Below, piece by piece: positions 29,773 through 38,570 of a stretch of 64,000 nt of DNA. This stretch comes from Candidatus Omnitrophota bacterium. Its GTDB lineage: Bacteria > Omnitrophota > Gorgyraeia > Gygaellales > Profunditerraquicolaceae. Location: positions 108,035-172,034 of the forward strand of contig QZKH01000006.1 in the NCBI GenBank assembly GCA_003598025.1, written 5' to 3'. Below the pieces are notes generated by a model. It was not told the DNA's origin, searched no databases, and was given only the letters and a program-made list of their open reading frames with translations. Position numbers and translations under genes: made by a program. How positions within the stretch are numbered: the stretch's first letter is position 1; each line of letters opens with the position of its first letter.

Positions 29773-30696
29773 ATGGATATAAAAGGTAAGGTGGTTTTTT
29801 CCTCAGGCAAAAAGGGCGATTATGATATTTGGACTATTAACCTGGCAAGCAAAGAAATAAGTCAGCTTACTTCCGGGCCTTTCTGGAATGATTGCCCAAA
29901 GTGGTCTCCGGATGGCAAAAAGATTGTTTTTATATCCAATAGAAGCGGGACACCTGAAATATTTATAATGGATGAAGACGGCAAAAACCAGCAGCAAATT
30001 ACCAGCAGCGGCAAATGGCACAATACGCCTGATTGGTCCCCGGACGGAAAGCAGATCGTGTTCTGCGCAAACTATAAGGAGAACATCGATGTTTTTGTAA
30101 TGAATATAGACGGCTCAGGCCTTAAACAAATAACCAGTTATGAAGGGATGGATTTTAACCCGCAATTTTCACCGGATGGCAAAACTATAATATTCACTTC
30201 TCAGCGTTCAGGCAATGACGATATCTGGAAATTTGATTTAAATACTGCGCAGTTAAAACAAGTTACCACTTATAAGTATAAGGATTTTTCCCCGACGTAT
30301 TCTAATGACGGCTCTATGATCGCTTTTGTCTGTGAAGAGCCTGTTTCCGGTGATTATGGAAACATGGAAATATATCTAATGGATAAGGATGGTAAGAACA
30401 GGAGGAGAGTCACCCGTAATCTGGGAGTAGACAGGTATGTTTGCTGGTCGCCTGATTCAAAATACATAATCTATACCTCAAGCCATCCGAATTCTACAGC
30501 CGAAAGGCTTATGGTTGTTGATCTTCAGAAAATGATAAAAAGCAAGATAGATTTTGATAGGTCCGGTATTGAGGCAGAGATAGATGCTGAACCGAAAGGT
30601 TTTGGTATTTTCAGCTTTTTCCCGGACGGAGTAGTCAGGAAGTTTTATCCTGAAGCCTATTTTGGCACAGAGAGGTATCCTGATTGGAAATATTAA
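29773..30696 (+). CDS. TolB-like WD40/PD40 beta-propeller protein
   Basis: Repeated SPDGKKIVF, SPDGKQIVF and SPDGKTIIF PD40 repeats. Confidence 0.7.
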   Translation: MDIKGKVVFSSGKKGDYDIWTINLASKEISQLTSGPFWNDCPKWSPDGKKIVFISNRSGTPEIFIMDEDGKNQQQITSSGKWHNTPDWSPDGKQIVFCANYKENIDVFVMNIDGSGLKQITSYEGMDFNPQFSPDGKTIIFTSQRSGNDDIWKFDLNTAQLKQVTTYKYKDFSPTYSNDGSMIAFVCEEPVSGDYGNMEIYLMDKDGKNRRRVTRNLGVDRYVCWSPDSKYIIYTSSHPNSTAERLMVVDLQKMIKSKIDFDRSGIEAEIDAEPKGFGIFSFFPDGVVRKFYPEAYFGTERYPDWKY

Positions 30697-30711
30697 GTTA
30701 GGAGGCGCAAG

Positions 30712-32727
30712 GTGAAATGCCCAATTTGCAAAGATAAAGATTTAGAGCCTGTTTTTACCAAGCAGGGAGTAGAGGTTGATTTTTGCCCTAAATGTTTTGG
30801 GATTTGGCTGGATAAAGATGAGATTTATCATTTCACAAAGGTCCCATCATATTTGAAAGCTAAAATTGATGAGGCAGTTAAAGTGGGCAAAACATCAGAA
30901 AGGATTTCTCCTGTTAATGGCAAGCCGATGCTGGAACTGGCGATTATGGAAGGCCTGCATATCGATTATTGCCCGGATACAGAGGGAATATGGCTGGACA
31001 GGGATGAGATAAATAAGTTGCCCGGTATAAAAGTAAGGATTGATATTGACGATACTATGTTTGGCGCTTCGGCTCAGTCGCATTCCAGGATATTGTTGCC
31101 GCTACCTAATTTATCTGTCCGTTCAGGCATGGTTTTATTCGGCATGTATGCGTTGCTTGGCCTGTTTCTGATCGCACTGGTAGAGTTTGGTTTTATTCCT
31201 TCTTCATTTGCTTTACTTATAGGGGTTGTAACGGTAGCTATCCATTTTCTTTTGGGGCCGTTCTTGATGGATTTTTCACTAAAATTATTTTATAAAGTCA
31301 GGTGGATAAGACAGGATGAGTTACCGGTTCACTTAAAGAATTTTATAAGCCGAGTTTGTACTCAAAAAGGCATCGACTTTCCGCGCATGGGCATTATCGC
31401 AGACGGTTCCCCTAATGCATTCACATATGGGCATCATCCAAATAATGCCAGAATTGTTGTGACACAGGGGTTGTTAGACCTGCTTAGCGAAAAAGAAACA
31501 GAGGCAGTTGTTGCCCACGAGATCGGGCATGCCGTGCATTGGGATATGCTGATAATGACTCTTGCCCAGCTTGTCCCTCTTATTATGTATTACATTTACC
31601 GGAATTTGATACGCATGAAAAGCAGGGGTAATGATAAATCTGCACCTTACAGGCTGGCTATGGCGCTTATTTCATATCTGCTTTATATTATCAGCGAATT
31701 TGTTGTCCTGTGGTTTTCCCGTATCAGAGAGTATTTTGCCGATAGGTTCTCCGGAGAAGTAACAGCAAACCCTAATGATTTGGCTTCGGCTTTAGTTAAA
31801 ATAGGCTATGGCCTTGCAGGCAGCGACAGGTCTAAAAGCAGGATTACGGAAGAAAAAAGAAATGTAAATATCAATGCCATCGGCCCCATGGGCATATTTG
31901 ATTCTAAAACTGCTAATATATTAGCAATAGCCGGGCATTCCGGCGCCAGGAACATGGGCCAGGAGGTTGATAAAGACAAATTGAGAGATGCTGCAAAATG
32001 GGATCTTTGGAATCCGTGGGCAGCATATTACGAATTACAATCAACGCATCCATTGATTGCTAAAAGAATAAAATATCTTAGTAACCAGTCTGTTGTGTTA
32101 GGCAGAGAGCCATATATTGAGTTTAATGAGCGTAGACCTGAATCTTATTGGGATGATTTCTTGCTGGATATTTTTGTTAAGGGCCTTCCAATATTGGCTT
32201 TAATAGCAGGGATGGCATTAATTGTGCTTAAAGTTAACTATTTTTATAGCGGGGTAGCTATTTTCATAGTTGGTATTGCATACCTCATAAATGTTTTTTA
32301 TAGCTATTCTTCTACGGAGTTTTCCCCTATGACTATAAATAGCCTATTGCGTAAAATAAAGGTATCTGCAATACGGCCTGTACCTTGTAAAGTTAAAGGC
32401 AAGATTATAGGCAGAGGTATCCCCGGCTTAATTTTCTCCGAAGATTTCGTACTCCAGGATGATACCGGGATAATTTTTCTTGATTACCGTCAGCCTCTTG
32501 GGATAATAAATTTCTTTTTTGGACTGCTAAGGGCAGCTAAATACATAGATCAGGAGGCAGAGGTAGTCGGTTGGTACCGGCGTGCACCAGTTCCTTTTAT
32601 CGAAATTAAAAAATTGATCGTTAATGGCAAAGAGTCAGCTTGTTATGTATATAATGCTAAGCTGATATTTGCCTCCTTGATGATATTTTGCGGGATAGTT
32701 ATTGCTTTTATTAATGTCGGCGGTTAG
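30712..32727 (+). CDS. M48-family zinc metalloprotease with two N-terminal zinc-ribbon domains and multiple TM helices
   Basis: CPICK...CPKCFGIWLDKDE and DYCPDTEGIWLDRDE ribbons. HEIGH motif in VVAHEIGHAVHWD. Confidence 0.7.
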   Translation: MKCPICKDKDLEPVFTKQGVEVDFCPKCFGIWLDKDEIYHFTKVPSYLKAKIDEAVKVGKTSERISPVNGKPMLELAIMEGLHIDYCPDTEGIWLDRDEINKLPGIKVRIDIDDTMFGASAQSHSRILLPLPNLSVRSGMVLFGMYALLGLFLIALVEFGFIPSSFALLIGVVTVAIHFLLGPFLMDFSLKLFYKVRWIRQDELPVHLKNFISRVCTQKGIDFPRMGIIADGSPNAFTYGHHPNNARIVVTQGLLDLLSEKETEAVVAHEIGHAVHWDMLIMTLAQLVPLIMYYIYRNLIRMKSRGNDKSAPYRLAMALISYLLYIISEFVVLWFSRIREYFADRFSGEVTANPNDLASALVKIGYGLAGSDRSKSRITEEKRNVNINAIGPMGIFDSKTANILAIAGHSGARNMGQEVDKDKLRDAAKWDLWNPWAAYYELQSTHPLIAKRIKYLSNQSVVLGREPYIEFNERRPESYWDDFLLDIFVKGLPILALIAGMALIVLKVNYFYSGVAIFIVGIAYLINVFYSYSSTEFSPMTINSLLRKIKVSAIRPVPCKVKGKIIGRGIPGLIFSEDFVLQDDTGIIFLDYRQPLGIINFFFGLLRAAKYIDQEAEVVGWYRRAPVPFIEIKKLIVNGKESACYVYNAKLIFASLMIFCGIVIAFINVGG

Positions 32728-32833
32728 CCGGATAGAAGAAAATGGTTTGACAGGCGCTGATTTGTAGGATAAATTTAAAATCCTGGCCTGGATGCAAGAT
32801 GGGGGCCTGACATAATACCGATACAAAATTCTT

Positions 32834-32919
32834 GGAGGCGTGGCTGAGTGGTTGAAGGCGGTCGCCTCGAAAGCGATTATCCCCTAAAGGGATCGGGGGT
32901 TCGAATCCTCCCGCCTCCG
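32834..32919 (+). tRNA. tRNA-Ser(CGA)
   Basis: Class II tRNA, anticodon loop CTCGAAA, acceptor GGAGGCG/CGCCTCC. Confidence 0.8.
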
Positions 32920-33084
32920 TTCTTCTTCGCCCTGATGCATGCAAAAAATACGGTGGGGCTTCGAAGCAACTACGTTCTTTCTTAATACACACAAGTGCTA
33001 TGCCAGGACTGCGCAGCGATAAGTTCTGCGCTTAAACATTTTTGTATTTGAGCTGCTGAGTATAAATTAAATTTGAGAAATTAT

Positions 33085-33169
33085 GGAGAGATGCCGGAGC
33101 GGTTGAACGGGCACGCCTGGAGAGCGTGTGACTCGCAAGGGTCCCAGGGTTCGAATCCCTGTCTCTCCG
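33085..33169 (+). tRNA. tRNA-Ser(GGA)
   Basis: Class II tRNA, anticodon stem CACGC/GCGTG, loop CTGGAGA, T-stem CAGGG/CCCTG. Confidence 0.8.
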
Positions 33170-33179
33170 TTTTAATTTT

Positions 33180-33316
33180 GCGACAAGCAAAATTAAAACG
33201 GTACTTAAGCGAGCGTAAAACGACCCGACAAGGGTCGTAGCGAGCGTAGTACCTTACAAGATGCGACAAGCAAAATTAAAACGGTACTTAAGCGAGCGTA
33301 AAACGACCCGACAAGG
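33180..33316 (+). repeat. two direct copies of a 54-bp repeat (gcgacaagcaaaattaaaacggtacttaagcgagcgtaaaacgacccgacaagg)
   Basis: Copies at 33180-33233 and 33263-33316. A perfect 12-bp hairpin gttttaattttg/caaaattaaaac spans the tRNA 3' end and copy 1. Confidence 0.6.
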
Positions 33317-33324
33317 AGTTATTA

Positions 33325-33744
33325 ATGAATGCATTTTTATGGGCAATCTTAGCTGCTGCTATTTGGGGGTGTGTCCCGCTTCTTGAAAAATTAGGATTGC
33401 TTAGGACCGATCCATTGGTAGGATTGTTCTATCGATGCATCGGGGTAGTGATAGGCCTGCTTTCACTGTTATTTTTCTTAAAGCCAGCGCAAATAAAATC
33501 AGTTGATATCCGCTCGAAGATTTTCCTGATACTAGCCGGAATTTTAGCTAGTTTTGTTGCACAGATAGCTTTTTATAATGCGCTTAAGAAAGGCGATGTT
33601 TCAAAAGTCGTTCCTATCTCCGGAAGCTACCCTTTTATTTCATTTCTTCTCGGTATTCTTTTATTGAATGAAAGTTTTACTCCGGTTAAATTTATTGGTG
33701 TTACATTGGTGGTTATGGGGATTTGGGTGTTAAAGGTAAGTTAG
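33325..33744 (+). CDS. EamA-like / small DMT-fold 4-TM transporter
   Basis: Four hydrophobic helices. Resembles single-domain EamA/ArnE-type proteins. Confidence 0.55.
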   Translation: MNAFLWAILAAAIWGCVPLLEKLGLLRTDPLVGLFYRCIGVVIGLLSLLFFLKPAQIKSVDIRSKIFLILAGILASFVAQIAFYNALKKGDVSKVVPISGSYPFISFLLGILLLNESFTPVKFIGVTLVVMGIWVLKVS

Positions 33745-33804
33745 TTCATAGTTCATAGAAAGTGCGATATAAAGGGGGCAGAGATGCCCTATTTTTTTAG
33801 ATAT

Positions 33805-33858
33805 TTTAGTGAAATAAATCACAAAAAATATTGACAAACCATGAACATATGGTATATT
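33805..33858 (+). promoter_or_regulatory. Rex-box-like palindrome (TTAGTGAAATAAATCACAAA) overlapping a TTGACA-17-TATATT promoter
   Basis: The inverted repeat GTGAAATAAATCAC matches the Rex operator consensus TTGTGAAnnnnTTCACAA. The promoter -35 is at 33830-33835 and the -10 at 33853-33858. Confidence 0.45.
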
Positions 33859-33892
33859 TACTATAGTTATTGTGATGAAAGGAGCAAAAACT

Positions 33893-34543
33893 ATGAGTAA
33901 AAGCACAATAAATCGGCTATCAAGATACAAAAGTGCGCTTTTTAGGCTGAAATCGCTTGGATTTGTTAAGGTGTTCTCGGATAATCTTGCTGACGCTGTT
34001 GGGGTAACTCCGGCTCAAGTAAGAAAGGATTTTTCTCTTTTTGCCATTTCAACAGGTAATAAGAGGGGCGGATATCAGATCGATGCTTTACTTGAAAGCC
34101 TTAACTCCATACTCGGTACAAATAAAATACAGAAGGTAATAATTGTCGGAGCCGGTAATATCGGCACAGCTTTGATGAATTATAAAGGTTTTGAGAAAGA
34201 GAGCATTGAAATAGTGGCTGCATTTGATATTGACCCTTCGAAATACCATAAAGAAACTAAGATACCTGTTTTACCCCTGGAGGAGCTCAAAGATTTCATA
34301 AAGAACAATAATATAAACATAGGCATTATTGCCGTGCCCGAGATAGCTGCGCAGCAAGTATTGGATATCCTTGCTTCTGCCGGGATAAAAGGAGTTTTAA
34401 ATTTTGCCCCTATAAGGTTAAGGGCCAGCGATGACATTGTAATTAACAACATTAACCTGGCATCGGAGCTTGAAAATGTCGTTTATTATGTACATGCCAC
34501 AGAAAAAACCGCAAGAAATAATTATGAAACCAAGAACCCTTAA
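33893..34543 (+). CDS. rex: redox-sensing transcriptional repressor Rex
   Basis: MSKSTINRLSRYKSALFRLKS winged helix plus IIVGAGNIGTAL Rossmann motif. Start placed after the aaggag RBS. Confidence 0.8.
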   Translation: MSKSTINRLSRYKSALFRLKSLGFVKVFSDNLADAVGVTPAQVRKDFSLFAISTGNKRGGYQIDALLESLNSILGTNKIQKVIIVGAGNIGTALMNYKGFEKESIEIVAAFDIDPSKYHKETKIPVLPLEELKDFIKNNNINIGIIAVPEIAAQQVLDILASAGIKGVLNFAPIRLRASDDIVINNINLASELENVVYYVHATEKTARNNYETKNP

Positions 34544-36362
34544 GAAAACCCTACTTTGGTCTTTTCTGCTGGTGATTTTCTCATTCAGCATATGCATTGC
34601 TATCCTTGGTTACGGAGTAATTAAGAACGATATAATAAAGAGGTCACAACGCCAGGTGCAGGAGAGCCTCAAGGCGGCAAGGATGGTATTGTATGATGAA
34701 GTAAATTTGATGGGTAAGATGCTTGATATTGTGTCTGCTTCAGATAACCTTAATGAGATAAAAAACAAGCTCGGTTTTGATTATATCTTTGTCGTGGATC
34801 AAGCTTCCAGGTTTGATTCCGGTGATGGAATTTTGGATGCGGCTTTTAAACGGCAGAAGGCAGGAGGCATAAGGATCATTTCTAAAGAAGAATTGATAAA
34901 GATGGGCGCTCCCTTATATGAAAAGTCAAAGATTGACGTTATATTTACGCTTAAGGCAGGGCCTCAAACCATAAATACCCTGGAAAACGCCATGGCAATT
35001 GAGTATGCGCGTCCTCTGTCAGATGGAAGGAGGGTGATTTACGCAGGTAAAATAATAAACAGGGATTTTGAATTGGTTGATAAGATCAGGAACCTGGTAT
35101 TTGAGAATAAGCTATATAAGGACAAGCCGCTGGGTACCGTAACTATTTTCTATGATGATATAAGAATAACTACAAATGTCCTGAATAACAAAGGCCAGAG
35201 GGCGGTTGGCACCAGGGTATCCAAGATCGTATATGACAGGGTTATGAATGGCGGCTCTTCCTGGGTGGACAGGGCTTTTGTCGTCAATAACTGGTATCTT
35301 ACCGCTTACGAGCCTATCAAGGATATAAACGGAAGGACAATAGGCATACTCTATGTGGGTTTACTGGAGGCACCTTTCCATGTCCTTGCCAGGAATATAC
35401 TGTTAGTTTTCTTACTTATATTAATTTCCACAGTTGCCTTAGTCTCGATGTTCTCAATATTCCTGGCGTCTGTTATTTCCAGGCCTGTTACCGGCATAGT
35501 CAATGTAATAGAAAGGTTTACTGCTGGCAACTTTGATTCGCACGTGACTTCTGACACCTCCGTAACAGAGCTTAACAAACTGGCCGAATCTTTTAACGAT
35601 ATGGCAGATAAATTGAATGAGAGCTATAAAGAGCTCAGGCTTTCTAACGATAAGATGTTAACGCTAAACAAAAGGTATCTTGATTTAATCAGCTTTGTTT
35701 CGCACGAGCTAAAAGGGATATTGTCTTCTACTATTTTAAATACATATACAGTCCGTGACGGGCTTTTGGGTATGGTGAATTTTAAGCAGCAGAAAGCGCT
35801 GAATTCAATAACCAGGAATCTTGACTACCTTGATTCCACGGTAAGAAGCTTTTTGAGCCTGAGCCGGATAGAAAAAGGCGAAATGACAGTGAATAAATCA
35901 GAGGTATTGCTGAAGGAAGAAATTTTTGATGTTTCTTTGGAGACGTTTCAGAAGCAGATAAATGAAGCCGGTATCAATATCGTGGATAATATAGAAAACA
36001 ATCTGAAGGCGGTTTTAGACAGAGACCTCATGCTTATTGTGGCGAATAATTTGATCAGCAATGCTATAAAATACGGCAAGAATAACGGTAGAATAATACT
36101 GAGTAGCAAAGTCGATGCCAACTCTATAAGTATCGAAGTATATAATGACGGATATCCTATATCAGCGGAGGATGTGGACAAACTTTTCAGGCGTTTTTCA
36201 AGGCTGGATAACGCCCAGACGCGGAGCTCAAAAGGCACCGGCTTGGGGTTGTTTATAACCAGGCAAATAATTGAGCAGCACGGGGGATCTATCGAAGTGC
36301 GTCCTGGAAGCCAGGGGAATTCTTTTATTTTTGAGATACAAAAGGAGGATAATCAATGTTAA
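34524..36362 (+). CDS. sensor histidine kinase (N-terminal TM, periplasmic sensor, HAMP, HisKA, HATPase_c)
   Basis: H-box SHELKGIL, N box NLISNAIKYG, G boxes. Two TM segments flank a ~280-aa extracytoplasmic domain. Confidence 0.8.
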   Translation: MKPRTLKKTLLWSFLLVIFSFSICIAILGYGVIKNDIIKRSQRQVQESLKAARMVLYDEVNLMGKMLDIVSASDNLNEIKNKLGFDYIFVVDQASRFDSGDGILDAAFKRQKAGGIRIISKEELIKMGAPLYEKSKIDVIFTLKAGPQTINTLENAMAIEYARPLSDGRRVIYAGKIINRDFELVDKIRNLVFENKLYKDKPLGTVTIFYDDIRITTNVLNNKGQRAVGTRVSKIVYDRVMNGGSSWVDRAFVVNNWYLTAYEPIKDINGRTIGILYVGLLEAPFHVLARNILLVFLLILISTVALVSMFSIFLASVISRPVTGIVNVIERFTAGNFDSHVTSDTSVTELNKLAESFNDMADKLNESYKELRLSNDKMLTLNKRYLDLISFVSHELKGILSSTILNTYTVRDGLLGMVNFKQQKALNSITRNLDYLDSTVRSFLSLSRIEKGEMTVNKSEVLLKEEIFDVSLETFQKQINEAGINIVDNIENNLKAVLDRDLMLIVANNLISNAIKYGKNNGRIILSSKVDANSISIEVYNDGYPISAEDVDKLFRRFSRLDNAQTRSSKGTGLGLFITRQIIEQHGGSIEVRPGSQGNSFIFEIQKEDNQC

Positions 36363-36712
36363 CGCCATTACAAAGAATCAAGAAAATGCGGGCAGAAGCT
36401 ATTAACCGGATAATAGGTAAAGGGTATCTTTCTACGAAGAGAGTGTATGTCGGTATGGCTACTTGTGAAATAGCCGCAGGCTCAAGCGAAGTAATGGAAG
36501 TATTTGAGAGTGCCATAAAGAATGGCCTGCCGGATGTCTATTTAAGCAAGAAGGGTTGCGCCGGTAGATGCAATCTCGAGCCGACCGTAGAGGTAGTTGA
36601 GGAAGGCAGGATCCCCGTAAAATATGGCAAGGTAAACAGGGAAAAGGCGAAAGATATAATTGAACGCCATCTTAAAAAAGGCGAAATTATAGAAGAATGG
36701 GTCATCAAATAA
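36356..36712 (+). CDS. thioredoxin-like [2Fe-2S] ferredoxin (NuoE-like fold)
   Basis: Cys pattern C..C....CAGRC consistent with 2Fe-2S. Confidence 0.55.
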   Translation: MLTPLQRIKKMRAEAINRIIGKGYLSTKRVYVGMATCEIAAGSSEVMEVFESAIKNGLPDVYLSKKGCAGRCNLEPTVEVVEEGRIPVKYGKVNREKAKDIIERHLKKGEIIEEWVIK

Positions 36713-36745
36713 TCTGATTATAATCAGCATAAGAAAGGCAATTAC

Positions 36746-38557
36746 ATGATCAAGCAAAAAACAAAGAAGCCCGATAAGTTCGTAATAACATTATGCGACG
36801 GCCCTACATGCATGCATAAGAAATCCAAGGACCTCGAAACGATTATCCAGAAAGAGCTTGATAAATACCGTATACATAATGCGGTAGAAATCAAGCTTTC
36901 CGGCTGCTTGGGGATGTGCGATAAAGGCCCGATAATGATCGTAAATCCCGGCTATACCATGTACGGCTCGGTGCATGAAAAAGATATCCCGGAAATAGTA
37001 GAGAATCATCTTTTGAATGGCCGTCCCGTATCGAGGTTAGTCATAGATGAAGATCATCTATATAACAGGTTCTTCAGGATCTTCGGCGATATTGCATTCT
37101 TCGGCAAGCAGATGAGGATCGCCCTAAGAAACTGCGGCATCATTGATCCCGAGAATATTGATGATTATATTGCGTTGAGAGGTTATGAGGCTCTTGCAAA
37201 AGTCGTTACCGACATGAGCCCGCAGCAGGTCATAGACGAAGTCAAGAAATCCGGCTTGCGCGGAAGAGGCGGAGCGGGGTTTGCCACAGGCTTAAAATGG
37301 GAGTTTACGTCTAAGGCGCAGGGAGATGCAAAATATGTCATTTGTAATGCAGATGAAGGAGACCCCGGAGCATTCATGGACAGAAGCGCTATAGAAGGAG
37401 ATCCTCATACAGTGATCGAAGGCATGATAATCGGCGGTTATGCAATAGGTTCAAGCCGGGGTATTATATATATACGCGCTGAGTATCCATTAGCTATAAA
37501 GAGGCTTGAAAAAGCGATTGCATTAGCCAGGGACTACGGCCTATTGGGAAAGAATATTTTAGGGTCTGATTTTTCATTTGATATTGAGATAAGACTGGGC
37601 GCCGGTGCATTTGTTTGCGGGGAAGAGACCGCGCTTATCCATTCGATTGAAGGCTGCCGCGGTATGCCCAGGCCCAGGCCGCCTTATCCTTCAATTTCAG
37701 GGCTTTTTGGTAAGCCGACATTGATAAACAACGTCGAGACATGGGCAAATATTCCGGTCATAATACTTGACGGCGCCAAATGGTTTAGTTCTATAGGGAC
37801 AGAAAAAAGCAAAGGAACAAAAGTTTTTGCTTTGGCAGGCAAGGTGAAAAACACCGGTTTAGTAGAAGTGCCCATGGGGACAACTTTGCGTGAAATAATA
37901 TTCGATATAGGGGGAGGTATACCGAATAATAAAAAATTTAAGGCAGTGCAGACCGGAGGTCCTTCAGGAGGGTGCCTGCCGGAAAATTATCTTGATACCA
38001 GGATAGATTATGAATCCCTTGCTGCTGCCGGCTCTATTATGGGCTCAGGAGGGATGATCGTAATCGATGAAGATTCATGCATGGTCAAGATGGCAAAATT
38101 TTTCCTTGAGTTTACGCAGAATGAATCTTGCGGCAAGTGCACTCCCTGCAGGGAAGGGACAAAAAGGATGTTAGAGATTTTAAACAGGATCAGCCAGGGT
38201 AACGGAGCAGAAGATGATATCGATAAGTTAGAACGCTTAGGTAGCATGATAAAGAAGGCTTCATTGTGCGGATTGGGACAATCTGCTCCTAATCCGGTAT
38301 TAAGCACGATTAAGAACTTCAGGCAGGAGTACGAAGAACACATAAAAGAAAAAAAATGCAGGGCGAGAGAGTGTGTTAATTTGGTCAGTTATACTATTAT
38401 CGAAAAATGTATCGGTTGCGGTGCCTGTAAGCGCGCCTGTCCTGTTTCGGCCATAACAGGCAGTTTAAAACAGCTGCATTCAATAAACCAGGATAAATGT
38501 ATAAAATGCGGGCGCTGTTTTGAGGCTTGTAAATTCAGCGCTGTGGTGAAATCTTAA
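36746..38557 (+). CDS. [FeFe]-hydrogenase NADH-binding flavoprotein subunit (NuoF-like, HydB/HndC type) with N-terminal 2Fe-2S and C-terminal 2x[4Fe-4S]
   Basis: GRGGAGFATGLKWEF FMN/NADH site. C-terminal CIGCGACKRAC and CIKCGRCFEAC ferredoxin motifs. Confidence 0.85.
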   Translation: MIKQKTKKPDKFVITLCDGPTCMHKKSKDLETIIQKELDKYRIHNAVEIKLSGCLGMCDKGPIMIVNPGYTMYGSVHEKDIPEIVENHLLNGRPVSRLVIDEDHLYNRFFRIFGDIAFFGKQMRIALRNCGIIDPENIDDYIALRGYEALAKVVTDMSPQQVIDEVKKSGLRGRGGAGFATGLKWEFTSKAQGDAKYVICNADEGDPGAFMDRSAIEGDPHTVIEGMIIGGYAIGSSRGIIYIRAEYPLAIKRLEKAIALARDYGLLGKNILGSDFSFDIEIRLGAGAFVCGEETALIHSIEGCRGMPRPRPPYPSISGLFGKPTLINNVETWANIPVIILDGAKWFSSIGTEKSKGTKVFALAGKVKNTGLVEVPMGTTLREIIFDIGGGIPNNKKFKAVQTGGPSGGCLPENYLDTRIDYESLAAAGSIMGSGGMIVIDEDSCMVKMAKFFLEFTQNESCGKCTPCREGTKRMLEILNRISQGNGAEDDIDKLERLGSMIKKASLCGLGQSAPNPVLSTIKNFRQEYEEHIKEKKCRARECVNLVSYTIIEKCIGCGACKRACPVSAITGSLKQLHSINQDKCIKCGRCFEACKFSAVVKS

Positions 38558-38570
38558 GGAGCTATTAATT

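Noticed and set aside
33081-33269. 62-aa minus-strand ORF over tRNA-Ser(GGA) and the 54-bp repeats
   Set aside because: Antisense to a tRNA gene and a repeat region. No coding signal.
34470-34523. TTG start giving an 18-aa N-terminal extension on the histidine kinase
   Set aside because: The extension would overlap rex by 74 nt and lacks an RBS. The ATG at 34524 immediately precedes the first TM helix.
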